The notes beneath the pieces are model-generated. The model was not told the origin of the DNA. It searched no databases and was given only the letters and a program-made list of their open reading frames with translations. The position numbers and the translations under genes are program-made. Positions 26,637 to 35,627 of a DNA stretch of 51,133 nt are shown here, piece by piece. Origin of the DNA: a bacterium (GTDB lineage: Bacteria > Hinthialibacterota > Hinthialibacteria > Hinthialibacterales > Hinthialibacteraceae); assembly GCA_041946805.1 (NCBI GenBank), contig JBHGBC010000026.1, forward strand, positions 1 to 51,133, given 5' to 3'. Numbering within the stretch: position 1 is the stretch's first letter; each line of letters begins with the position of its first letter.

Positions 26637-26724
26637 AAAAAAAGCCTCGCACATCAGCCAGTCGCTGGCCCGCATCCCCGCCTGATCCGGTTCGTTGGTC
26701 TTCCAGGTATTTTAATACGAAATG

Positions 26725-27366
26725 CTAATTATCGGAAAGTTTTTTTTCCGCGCCCTTGTCGGACGGGGTCTTGTTGGAAGAGGGTTTTCGAGGCTCGAAA
26801 AGACCGTCGATCAAACCGTATTCCCTGGCTTCATCCGGCGACATGAAGAAATCCCGGTCGGAATCCTTCTCGATTTGTTCAATATCCTTTCCCGTGTGAA
26901 AGGAGAGAATCTGGTTGATGCGGGATTTCAGTTTCAAAATTTCCCGGGCGCGGATTTCGATGTCGGAAGCCTGGCCTTGGAAGCCACCCATGGGCTGGTG
27001 GATCATGATGCGGGCGTTGGGCAGGGCGTGGCGTTTTTTGGGCGCGCCCGCCGCCAGGAGCACCGCCGCCATGCTGGCGGCCAGGCCCATGCAGGTAGTG
27101 GCCACGTCCGGTTTCACGTATTGCATGGTGTCGTAAATGGCCAGGCCGGCGGACACCGATCCCCCGGGGCTGTTGATGTACAGCTGGATGTCCTTTTCGG
27201 GATCTTCCGCCTGCAGGAACAGCAGTTGGGCGATCACCAGGTTCGCCATGTGATCCTCGATGGGATCGCCGATGAATATGATCCGGTCTTTCAGCAGGCG
27301 CGAATAAATATCGTAGGCGCGTTCGCCCCGGCTTGTCTGCTCCACCACCATGGGTATTAAAACCAC
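26725..27366 (-). CDS. clpP: ATP-dependent Clp protease proteolytic subunit
   Basis: [46 protein letters not shown]. Confidence 0.98.
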   Translation of the reverse strand: MVLIPMVVEQTSRGERAYDIYSRLLKDRIIFIGDPIEDHMANLVIAQLLFLQAEDPEKDIQLYINSPGGSVSAGLAIYDTMQYVKPDVATTCMGLAASMAAVLLAAGAPKKRHALPNARIMIHQPMGGFQGQASDIEIRAREILKLKSRINQILSFHTGKDIEQIEKDSDRDFFMSPDEAREYGLIDGLFEPRKPSSNKTPSDKGAEKKLSDN

Positions 27367-27368
27367 GT

Positions 27369-28718
27369 CTATTTTTCCTCCGTTTCCGCTTCGCCGGCTC
27401 CGGCCTCCCCGGAATGTTCCGGAGCGGCGTCCCCGGCGGATTCCGATTCCGCCCGTGCTTGCAAGAGATCCATGACTTTTTCTTCCAAGGCCACGCGCCG
27501 GTAATACGATTCCATCCCCATGGTCTCCACGCGTTTCGCGTACCAGGCCAGATCGTGGCCGGAATCGTGGGAGATCCGGTTCAGGTACACGTAGTAATCC
27601 TCGTCAGTCAATTCGAGGTCTTCTTTTTTCGCGATGGCTTCCAGCAGCAGGGTGATCCGGACTTCCTCCTCGGCGGCCTTTTCGTTACGGGCCAGCAGGC
27701 CTTCGTCCCGCCGGGCCTCGCGTTCGAGAGTGGTGCCGAGGCGTTTGAGTTCCATGTCGTGCAGGGCGTTGATGAAATTGTACCGGGCCGAGACCAGGCT
27801 GGGAGGCACGTCGAAGGGGTTGCGCCGGATGAGTTCCTGGCGGATGGCGCCGCGCAGTTGGTTGCGGCGGTATTGTTCCCGGTTGCGGCTGAGATCGGTG
27901 CGGATCCGCTCCTTGAGTTCGTGGAGGCTATTGAAATTCCCCAGGTCCTTGGCGAATTCGTCATCCGGTTCGGGGAGTTTCTTTTCGCGGATCAGGCGGA
28001 CCTTGATCTGGAAGACGGCTTCCTTGCCCCGCTTGTCTTCCTGAGGGTAGTCTTCCGGCAGGGTGAGGGTGATGGTTTTTTCCTCGCCGAGCGACATGCC
28101 GGTGAGGGCTTCCTCGAATCCGGGAATATATCGCTTGGTGCCGACTTCCACCGTGATGTCGCTGTTGGTGGCTTCGGGAAACGGATCGCCGCCGATGGTG
28201 GCCACGCTGGCGATGGAGACCAGATCGCCATCCGCCACCGGCCGGTCTTCAATCGTGCGGTACACGGCGTTGTTTTCGCGCAGCCGGTTCAGGTTTTCCA
28301 CCACTTCCGTCTCGGTGACTTCCTGGGGCGGCACTTCCGGACGGATATCCCGGTAGTCGACGTCTTCCAGGCGTGGCGCGTATTCGAAGGTGGCCTCGAA
28401 GACCACCGGCTCTTCCTCTTTCTCTTTCTCGATCCCGCCGATTTCAGGTGTGTTAACCGGCTTGAGCTGCAATTCGTCCACGGCATGCTTGAACGCGGTC
28501 TCCACGGCCTTGCCGATGGCTTCGTCGCCCAGATGTTTCCCGTATTTCATCTGGACGATCCGGCGGGGCGCCTTCCCCTTGCGGAATCCGGGGACGGTGG
28601 CGTTCTCCATGAATTCCTTATACAGTTCGTTGAGTTCCGTCCCCACTTCCTCGCGCGGGATCTCGATCTTCAAGGTTTTTTTGCAGGTTCCGGTATCGCG
28701 TTGTTCGAGGATTTTCAA
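27369..28718 (-). CDS. tig: Trigger factor
   Basis: [10 protein letters not shown] ribosome-binding motif and FKBP domain ([12 protein letters not shown]). TTG start at 28718 follows AAGGAG; tig-clpP-clpX synteny. Confidence 0.96.
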   Translation of the reverse strand: MKILEQRDTGTCKKTLKIEIPREEVGTELNELYKEFMENATVPGFRKGKAPRRIVQMKYGKHLGDEAIGKAVETAFKHAVDELQLKPVNTPEIGGIEKEKEEEPVVFEATFEYAPRLEDVDYRDIRPEVPPQEVTETEVVENLNRLRENNAVYRTIEDRPVADGDLVSIASVATIGGDPFPEATNSDITVEVGTKRYIPGFEEALTGMSLGEEKTITLTLPEDYPQEDKRGKEAVFQIKVRLIREKKLPEPDDEFAKDLGNFNSLHELKERIRTDLSRNREQYRRNQLRGAIRQELIRRNPFDVPPSLVSARYNFINALHDMELKRLGTTLEREARRDEGLLARNEKAAEEEVRITLLLEAIAKKEDLELTDEDYYVYLNRISHDSGHDLAWYAKRVETMGMESYYRRVALEEKVMDLLQARAESESAGDAAPEHSGEAGAGEAETEEK

Positions 28719-28878
28719 GGTCGTCCAGGCTCCTTGTCCGCATGCGTTTAATAAAAGCGTTTGGATTTCACGGGATGTAACAACTAAAGACGATGGCCTG
28801 GACTCCCGTTTGGGATCCTCAACCACCGTTTCCTTGGATTCAATTCATTTATTTACAAGAGCGTGTATTAAGATTTTA

Positions 28879-28907
28879 ACCTTATCCGCTCGTGGGCCCT
28901 ATGTCAA
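28879..28907 (-). promoter_or_regulatory. Sigma70-type promoter for tig-clpP-clpX
   Basis: Minus strand TTGACA (28907-28902) - 17 nt - TAAGGT (28884-28879). Confidence 0.6.
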
Positions 28908-28948
28908 GAACGGCGTTTTTCGCGCCGGTTTATCCGGTCCATTTCGTA

Positions 28949-30169
28949 TTATAGGATCTCGGCTTGTTTTGTGGAGGAGCGCAGGGCCCCGCGCCCCGGC
29001 GGGAGAGCAGGCGAGTTCCCGAGGCAAACCGCGTAAGCCCGCAGCAGGGTTTCCACTCCCCGGTCCCAGGTGAAATAGCGGAGCGCCCGTTCCCGCGCGG
29101 CGAGGGAATCCCGGCTTCGGCGTTCCGGATCGCGCGCGTAGGTCAGCAGGGCCTCCGCGAGGGCGGGCGCGCTGCCCGGTTCCACGGTGAGGCCGCAGTC
29201 CTCGAGCATCCAGGGTGTTTCGCCGACGCGGCTGGCGACAATGGGCTTGCCGGACGCGAGATACTCCGCGATTTTCAGCGGGCTTTTGGAGCGCGTGGCT
29301 TCGGTGTCCACGAAACACGCCACGCCGATGTCCGCGGCGGAAGCGATCGCGGGAATCCGGTCAGCCGCGATATAGCCGGTCAGGTGGAGGGCGTCCCGGG
29401 CGGGGGATTGTTCCACCAGGCGGCGCAGCGCGTCTTCCTGCCCGCCGCCGCCCACGATCAGAAATTGGGCATCGGGAATTTGTTCCAAAACCCGCGGGGC
29501 CGCCCGCACGAGCAGGTCCGCGTGGGCCGCTCCCTCGAGCTGGCCGATGTAGAGAATGGTCAGGCGGTTTGGATCGAGTCCGAGTTCCGCCAGTGTATCC
29601 CTCCCGCCCGCGTCCGGGTGAAAGCGGTCCGTGTCGGCCCCCACGGGCAGATGCCACATCCGGTCGGCGGGAAATCCCAGGCGCAGGGCCCGATCCCGGA
29701 TGGCCTGGCTGGAATAGGTCAGAGTGTGGGTGAAGCGGGGCAGGGAACGTTCGTAAACGGCCAGTTGCAGGCGGCTCAGCCCCCTTTTTTCGACGAGGCG
29801 GGCAATGGCGGTCTCATTGTCGTCCCAATCGTAATGGAGAGGCTTTTTGAGCATCCGGGAAATCCACAACAAAGGCAACGCCGTGGCGGCGAAGCATTTC
29901 TGCAGATGGATCACATCGCATTGCGCCGCCAGCTGGTACAACAGGCGGGAATTGGAGACGATCTGGTGCTGCCGGGGCTGGAGCGCGTGACAGGGGGGAT
30001 CGCCGGGCCGCGGTTCGCGCAAAAATCCATGGCGGGGAGGATCCTTGCGGGGCAGATGGACCAGGTGGACAGCATGGCCGCGTTGTTGCAGGCCACGCGC
30101 CAGGGCCAGGACGCGGATGGTCCAGGGATCGTGCCACAAATCGTGGGGATGGACCATCAGGATGTTCAC
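28949..30169 (-). CDS. Glycosyltransferase family 4
   Basis: GT-B fold features LYIGQLE, FLIVGGG and SPLKIAEYLASGKPIVASRVG. GTG start at 30169 follows GGAG (alternative TTG at 30187). Confidence 0.9.
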   Translation of the reverse strand: MNILMVHPHDLWHDPWTIRVLALARGLQQRGHAVHLVHLPRKDPPRHGFLREPRPGDPPCHALQPRQHQIVSNSRLLYQLAAQCDVIHLQKCFAATALPLLWISRMLKKPLHYDWDDNETAIARLVEKRGLSRLQLAVYERSLPRFTHTLTYSSQAIRDRALRLGFPADRMWHLPVGADTDRFHPDAGGRDTLAELGLDPNRLTILYIGQLEGAAHADLLVRAAPRVLEQIPDAQFLIVGGGGQEDALRRLVEQSPARDALHLTGYIAADRIPAIASAADIGVACFVDTEATRSKSPLKIAEYLASGKPIVASRVGETPWMLEDCGLTVEPGSAPALAEALLTYARDPERRSRDSLAARERALRYFTWDRGVETLLRAYAVCLGNSPALPPGRGALRSSTKQAEIL

Positions 30170-30183
30170 AAAAACTTCTCCAC

Positions 30184-31002
30184 TCAATCAATCCCCGCGG
30201 CGATCACGTGGATGGTGTCGGCGACGCCCAGGCCGGTGATGCTGGCCGCGTGGCCGCCGGCGGCCGCGATTTCCAGCCGGTCGTAGCCATCGAACACGGC
30301 CAGGAATTCTCCCCGCCTCTTTTCTCCGTACGCCTTGGAAATGCCGTGGATCCGGTGCTGTTGGAGGCGGATGACCACGTCTTCCGCACGGCTGCCATTG
30401 CGCGAGGCCCAGGTATCGAAGGTGGCCTGGTCCAGGTCGGTCACCAGGTTGCCGAAGCGGTCGATATGGCAGATGTGGCATTCGATCCGGTCGTGGGTGA
30501 CCGCCACGGGTTTGATCGGCAGGCGGACGGGATCGTGGATTTCATTCCCCAATTCTTCCATGGGAACCCCGTTCGCGAGGTGGGCGGCGAGGGGGGAAAA
30601 GATGTCCCGCCCGTGGAAGGTGTTGCTGACCTTTTCGAGCCAGTAGCGCTTGTGGACGGCGGCGAAGAGGCGGCCGGAACCGGCCTGGTCCAGGGTTGGC
30701 ATCAACAAGCCGTTGTCGGGGGCCACGAAGAAGTGCCCGCCGATCTCCGCCACCAGCGGACGGCGCTTGGTCCCCACTCCCGGATCGACCACGCACAGGT
30801 GGACCGAGCCAGCCGGAAAGTAGCTGAACGACCAGGCGTTCAAAAAGGCCGCGCTGGCGATGGCGAATGGCTGGAGTTCATGGCTGATGTCGATGATGCG
30901 CGCCTCGGGGGCGATGCGCAGGATCACCCCTTTCATGACACCCACGAATCCGTCGGTGTTGCCGAAATCGGTCATCATGGTGATCACGGGCCGCTGCTTC
31001 AT
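30184..31002 (-). CDS. SAM hydroxide adenosyltransferase (DUF62; chlorinase/fluorinase superfamily)
   Basis: TDFG, VVDPGVGTKRR, APDNG, SNTFHGRDIFSP, HIDRFGNL. The Asp-Arg-His triad residues are present. Confidence 0.92.
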   Translation of the reverse strand: MKQRPVITMMTDFGNTDGFVGVMKGVILRIAPEARIIDISHELQPFAIASAAFLNAWSFSYFPAGSVHLCVVDPGVGTKRRPLVAEIGGHFFVAPDNGLLMPTLDQAGSGRLFAAVHKRYWLEKVSNTFHGRDIFSPLAAHLANGVPMEELGNEIHDPVRLPIKPVAVTHDRIECHICHIDRFGNLVTDLDQATFDTWASRNGSRAEDVVIRLQQHRIHGISKAYGEKRRGEFLAVFDGYDRLEIAAAGGHAASITGLGVADTIHVIAAGID

Positions 31003-31110
31003 AAACACCTCGCGCGGGAACCTTTCCCTAGGTTCTTTTGAATATTCCAATGTACAGCAAATTATAAAAAATGGTACGGGGTAATCGATTGCACGAGAAG
31101 CCGATATGGC

Positions 31111-31208
31111 GCCCTTTCAGGGCTTCCCTCGCCCTAACCCTCTCCCAGAGGGAGAGGAAAATGGGTTACCTTGATCACGGCAATCTCCCAGGGCTGAAGC
31201 CCTGGGCT
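31111..31208. repeat. Mosaic repeat: gccctttcagggct + PIT-like copy 4 (31126-31158) + cccagggctgaagccctgggct palindrome
   Basis: 31111-31157 matches 51081-51127 with 2 mismatches. Confidence 0.8.
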
Positions 31209-31285
31209 AGTTTAATAGCGCCGTTGGCGCTGGTACGGCATTCCCGCATTTCTGGCACTCATTCATGACGTAAACTCAACAAAAC

Positions 31286-32497
31286 CTAGACGAACGCGCC
31301 GGGCTCGGATTTACCGTGTTCCAGCAGCCGGGGGCTTTCCGCCGCCACGGGCAAGGTGATCGCCAGCTGGGCCCCTTGTCCCGGTTCACTGTGCGCGGAC
31401 AGGGCGCCGCCGTGTTCCCGGATGATCCGGTCGACGATCATCAGCCCCAGGCCAGTTCCCTTGGGCTTGGTGGTGAAATACGGTTCGAATATATGCTGTA
31501 GATCCCCGTGGTCAATCCCCCGGCCGTTGTCGGAAAAGACGAGGTTGACCTCGTCCCCGTCCCGGACCATGCTGATCGCCACTTCGCCGGGCCGCGCCTC
31601 GCGGATTTCGTCCTGCTGGATGACGATGGCCTCGATGGCGTTGCGCAGGATGTTGATGACCGCCTGCTTCATCAACACCTCGTCCGCGTTGATGTACGGC
31701 CATTCTCCTTCTTCATGCAGCGAGACGCGGATGCCGTGCTGCCGGAACTCGGGCTCCATGAGGGTGAGGGTATCCGTGATCAGGGCGTACAGGTTGACCA
31801 GGCGCAGCTGAGGCTGCGAGGGCCGGACGGCGGAGAGGAAGGTTTCGATCACGTTGTTCAGGCGCTTGATTTCATTGGTGATCACTCCCAGGTTTTCGTT
31901 GGTCTCCTTATCGTCCACCCCTTTCTTCTTGAGTTGCCGTTCCAGCAATTGCAAGTGGATGGAGAGCGAATTGAGGGGATTGCGGATCTCATGCGACATC
32001 CCTGCGCTCAGGGTGGTCAGCGCCGCCAGTTTTTCCGCCTCGCGCAGTTTTTTCTCCTGGGCCTTTTGTTCGGTGACATCCATGAACAGGAAGAGCGAGC
32101 TGACCCGCTGGTTCTTGTTCATCAAGGGGATCATGTTGACGTACAGAAAGCGCTCGCCTTCGGGCAGATCCAGATGATACTCGCGGGAGAGGATCGGCGC
32201 GGGGCTTTGGATGCACTCCCGGCAGACGGCCAGCAGGTGCGGATTGACGAGCAGCCGATCGAGGGAGCGGTCGGGGATGGTGGGGCCGGATTCCAGGTTC
32301 AGAATGTCGCGCGCCGACTGGTTGATGAAGAGGATCGTCCCCTCCGCGTCGATCACCATCATGCCCTCGATCATGCTTTCGAAAATCAGGGCGAGCAGGT
32401 CCCGCTCCTGCGCGATTTCCCGCATGTAATCGACAATCTGTTCCTTGTCGATCTTTTCCACCCGGTCCAGCAGACGGCGTAAAAATCCGTGTTTCAT
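31286..32497 (-). CDS. Cytoplasmic PAS sensor histidine kinase (NtrB/AtoS-like)
   Basis: PAS domain, H-box SHEIRNPL, N-box NILRNAIEA, DNGRGI, FEPYFTTK, GTGLGL. Confidence 0.92.
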   Translation of the reverse strand: MKHGFLRRLLDRVEKIDKEQIVDYMREIAQERDLLALIFESMIEGMMVIDAEGTILFINQSARDILNLESGPTIPDRSLDRLLVNPHLLAVCRECIQSPAPILSREYHLDLPEGERFLYVNMIPLMNKNQRVSSLFLFMDVTEQKAQEKKLREAEKLAALTTLSAGMSHEIRNPLNSLSIHLQLLERQLKKKGVDDKETNENLGVITNEIKRLNNVIETFLSAVRPSQPQLRLVNLYALITDTLTLMEPEFRQHGIRVSLHEEGEWPYINADEVLMKQAVINILRNAIEAIVIQQDEIREARPGEVAISMVRDGDEVNLVFSDNGRGIDHGDLQHIFEPYFTTKPKGTGLGLMIVDRIIREHGGALSAHSEPGQGAQLAITLPVAAESPRLLEHGKSEPGAFV

Positions 32498-32674
32498 GGT
32501 TCCGTTTTCGGCGCGTGAGGCCGGCGCGGCCGTTTTCGCGAAGTTGGTGTCAAATTCAGGAATCCATCCTTGAAACGATCCCCGGGAATGTCAACGCCCA
32601 TGTCCCGCCCGGCTTAAAGGCCGGACCCGGCTCTGCTAGTATTCTACTACATCCCGCGTGAGGATCTCGCCATC

Positions 32675-33643
32675 ATGGCCGAAAAATTAAACGCTGTCGT
32701 CGTCGGGGCGGGGGCGCTGGGCCGGCATCACGCCCGGGTGTACGCCCAGCATGAAAACATCCGTTTGCTGGCCATAATCGATATCGACGAGCGGGCCCGG
32801 ATGGAACACGCCACCAAGTGGAACTGCCTGGGCCTCGCCTCGTTGGACGAATTGCGCGAGCCGGTGGATCTCGCCAGCGTCGTGGTTCCCACCGTATCCC
32901 ATGGCGAAGTGGCCCTGCGGCTGATCGAGCGCGGCGTGCCCGTTTTAGTGGAGAAGCCCATCACCCTCAGCGTGGAGGAAGGCCGGCGCCTGACGGACGC
33001 CGCGGCGCGCCGGAACGTGCCCATCCAGGTGGGCCATATCGAGCGCTTCAATCCCGCGGTGATCGAACTCGGCCGCCACCTGCAGACTCCGCTGTTCATC
33101 GAATCCCACCGCCTGGGGCCGCCCACGCCGCGCGTCCAGGATATCGGGGTGGTTCTGGATTTAATGATCCACGACCTGGACCTGATTCTCAACCTGGTCC
33201 GGTCGGAGATCGAGTCCATCGACGCGGCCGGCGTTCCGATTCTTACTCCGCGTGAAGACATCGCCAATGCCCGCCTGCGCTTTCAATCCGGCTGCATCGC
33301 CAACGTCACGGTCAGCCGCGTGACCCCCGAACGGCAGCGGAAAATCCGGTTTTTCCAGAAGGATACCTATTTCTCCCTCGATCTCCTGAAGCCTGATCTG
33401 CAAATCTACCGCAAGGTCAACGGGCCGGGAGGGACCGTGAACATCGAATACGAGCATCCCGCGTTGACGAACCGCGAACCGCTGGCCCTGGAGATCGATT
33501 CGTTCATCGATTGCGTGGTGAATCACAAGACCCCCCTCGTGACCGGACAGGACGGCGTTCGCGCCCTCGAACTGGCCCAGAAGATCACGGATCAAGTTAG
33601 CCGTGTTTCCCGTACGATTTTGTTGGAATCGGGACCGGAATAA
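32675..33643 (+). CDS. Gfo/Idh/MocA oxidoreductase (GnnA/UDP-GlcNAc 3-dehydrogenase-like)
   Basis: VVGAGALG, VLVEKPI, QVGHIERFNPA, VVLDLMIHDLD, SRVTPERQRKIRFF. Confidence 0.85.
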   Translation: MAEKLNAVVVGAGALGRHHARVYAQHENIRLLAIIDIDERARMEHATKWNCLGLASLDELREPVDLASVVVPTVSHGEVALRLIERGVPVLVEKPITLSVEEGRRLTDAAARRNVPIQVGHIERFNPAVIELGRHLQTPLFIESHRLGPPTPRVQDIGVVLDLMIHDLDLILNLVRSEIESIDAAGVPILTPREDIANARLRFQSGCIANVTVSRVTPERQRKIRFFQKDTYFSLDLLKPDLQIYRKVNGPGGTVNIEYEHPALTNREPLALEIDSFIDCVVNHKTPLVTGQDGVRALELAQKITDQVSRVSRTILLESGPE

Positions 33644-33723
33644 GGATGAGCATCCACCATCCCGGATTGCACTCCGGGGCTTTGCACTCCGGGGCTGTAC
33701 GAACCGGAATAAGGCGAAAGATA

Positions 33724-34590
33724 TTATTTCCCTGCTTGCCGGCGGGCGGCCCGGAGGGTGTTGCAGAGCAGCATGGCGATGGTCATGGGGCCGGGGCCGC
33801 CGGGGGAGGGACTAAGGCAGTCCGCCACCTCCAACGCTTCCTTCGTGTCCACATCGCCGACCTGTACGAATTTTCCGTTCTGTTCCTCGAAACTGATCCC
33901 CACGTCGATCACCGCCGCGCCCGGCTTGATCCAGGAACCGCGGATCATCTTTTTCCGCCCGGTGGCGGCGATCAGGATGTCCGCGCCGCGGCAGACGGCG
34001 GGCAAATCGTGCGTGCGCGAGTGGCACAGGGTGACCGTGGCGTGTTCGCGCAGCAGGAGCTGGGCGAGGGGCTTGCCCACGATGTTGCTGCGTCCGACGA
34101 TCACCGCCTGCCGGCCGAGCAGGGGGACCTGGGCGTCTTTCAGGATTTCCATGACCCCCAGGGGCGTGCAAGGGACCAAGCCGTCCAGGCCCATGGACAG
34201 ATAACCGACGTTCAGGGGATGAAAGCCATCCACGTCCTTGGCCGGCCAAACCCGTTCCTGCACGGTGAGGGGATTGATGTGAGGCGGCAGGGGCAATTGC
34301 ACCAGGATGCCATGGATGGCGGGATCGGCGTTCAACCGGTCCACCAGGTTGAGCACTTCCTCCAGGGTGGCCTCCGCGGAAAGGACATGCTGGTCCGAAC
34401 GCATGCCGGCTTCCACGCAGGCTTTCCCCTTGTTGCGGACATAGACCTGCGAGGCGGGATTATCGCCCACGAGGACCACCGCCAATCCTGGCTGGATGGC
34501 CGTTTCCCGGATAAACCGGGTGACGTCATCCTTCAGGCGGGAGCGGATGGATTGGGCCAAGGCTTTGCCATCCAATAAGCGAGCGGTCAT
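33724..34590 (-). CDS. folD: Bifunctional methylenetetrahydrofolate dehydrogenase/cyclohydrolase
   Basis: SQVYVRNK, GILVQLPLP, KDVDGFHP, PCTPLG, GRSNIVGKP, PGGPGPMT. Confidence 0.97.
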   Translation of the reverse strand: MTARLLDGKALAQSIRSRLKDDVTRFIRETAIQPGLAVVLVGDNPASQVYVRNKGKACVEAGMRSDQHVLSAEATLEEVLNLVDRLNADPAIHGILVQLPLPPHINPLTVQERVWPAKDVDGFHPLNVGYLSMGLDGLVPCTPLGVMEILKDAQVPLLGRQAVIVGRSNIVGKPLAQLLLREHATVTLCHSRTHDLPAVCRGADILIAATGRKKMIRGSWIKPGAAVIDVGISFEEQNGKFVQVGDVDTKEALEVADCLSPSPGGPGPMTIAMLLCNTLRAARRQAGK

Positions 34591-34737
34591 GGTTTTCTGA
34601 ATCCGGATCGGCTTCTTGCCGTGGTGGATTGATCTGTATGGCCGTTTTCACTTTATCACAGTCCTTGGGCCCATCAACTCCCCCCCCCGGATACGGGGGC
34701 CGCGAGGGCGTGGATCTTCTTCCCTCCCTGCTCCGAG

Positions 34738-34766
34738 TTGATTTGAGGGGCGGGTTATGCTATAAA
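34738..34766 (+). promoter_or_regulatory. Sigma70-type promoter with extended -10, upstream of the lipoprotein-TlpA gene
   Basis: TTGATT - 17 nt - TATAAA, preceded by TGn. A second TATAAT lies at 34850-34855. Confidence 0.6.
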
Positions 34767-34893
34767 TTTTGTAGAAGTTAATTCGCTTGGGATTGAATTC
34801 CAGCCCGAGTAAGGTTATTTGTTATTTTAGAAATTCTGATGTCTGATTGTATAATCAACATCAATCCAACTCATTCAAAGCAGGGGTGAAATC

Positions 34894-35606
34894 ATGATTA
34901 CCAAGAAAGCCTACCTAATGATTGGTCTCGTCGCGGGGATGTTGATCGTGGGGTATGCGTGTTCGCCATCCGCTCCCGAGAAACCCGCCACCCAGACGGA
35001 AACGCAGCCGGCCGCGGAACAGCCCGCCGCGGAGCAACCCGCCGCGGAGCAACCCGCCGCCGAGAAGCCCGCCGCGGAACAGCCCGCCGCGGAACAGCCC
35101 GCGGCCGAGCAGCCCGCGGCGGAACAACCCGCGGCGGAACAGCCAGCCGCTCCCGGGAAGGTAGAAGGCGCCACCCAAAGCGCGATGGGTGAAATTCAGG
35201 TGAAGGACTTGTTGGCCATGGTCTCGAACCGGGACGGAAAGGCTTTTTTTTAAATTTCTGGGCGACGTGGTGCGCCCCGTGTAAAGAAGAAATGCCCGGT
35301 ATCATGAAGCTGTACGAGCAGTACGGCCGGGGCCGAGTCGATTTCCTGGCGGTGTCGTGCGATGGAATGACCGGTACCGCCCAGGACGTTCCGGCGGTGA
35401 TGCAGCAGCTTAATATGACGGTGCCCACGCGGATTTTGGCCGCGGAGGATCAAAACGCCGCGATCCAGGCCATCGACACGGAATGGAATGGGGCCTTGCC
35501 CATGACGTTCGTGTACGATGCCCAAGGCAATAAGGTGCATCGCTTGAGCGGCGCCCAGACCCCGGAGGCGCTGGAAAAAGCTCTCCGGGATGTGATGGGC
35601 GGTTGA
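34894..35606 (+). CDS. Lipoprotein with QPAAE-repeat linker and TlpA/ResA thioredoxin domain, split by a -1 frameshift at a T8 run (frameshifted gene or pseudogene)
   Basis: Frame 1 (34894-35253) has a signal/lipobox (VGYAC) and ends GKAFF*. The -1 frame from 35250 reads LNFWATWCAPCKEEMP...ALPMTFVYD to the stop at 35606. Confidence 0.85.
35005..35151 (+). repeat. Coding 15-bp tandem repeat, ~9.8 units of (Q/K)PAAE
   Basis: cagccsgcsgcggar-type units with synonymous variation. Confidence 0.92.
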
Positions 35607-35627
35607 GGGCGGCGCCGCCGTTCGAGA

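Noticed and set aside
30184..31002. Fluorinase/chlorinase (halometabolite pathway together with mtnP)
   Set aside because: The Asp-Arg-His triad typical of DUF62 hydroxide adenosyltransferases is present; mtnP is 10 kb away and is housekeeping.
33646..34578. 310-aa + strand ORF and similar long antisense ORFs (5272-6732, 20275-21570, 27333-28751, 37732-39525, 49413-50981)
   Set aside because: All fully overlap well-supported genes on the opposite strand and have no domain signatures.
35005..35151. Possible CRISPR array
   Set aside because: Contiguous 15-bp coding units with no spacers; no cas genes in the window.
35251..35253. Selenocysteine or stop readthrough in the thioredoxin gene
   Set aside because: The stop is TAA and the continuation is in the -1 frame, so it is a frameshift rather than stop-codon recoding.
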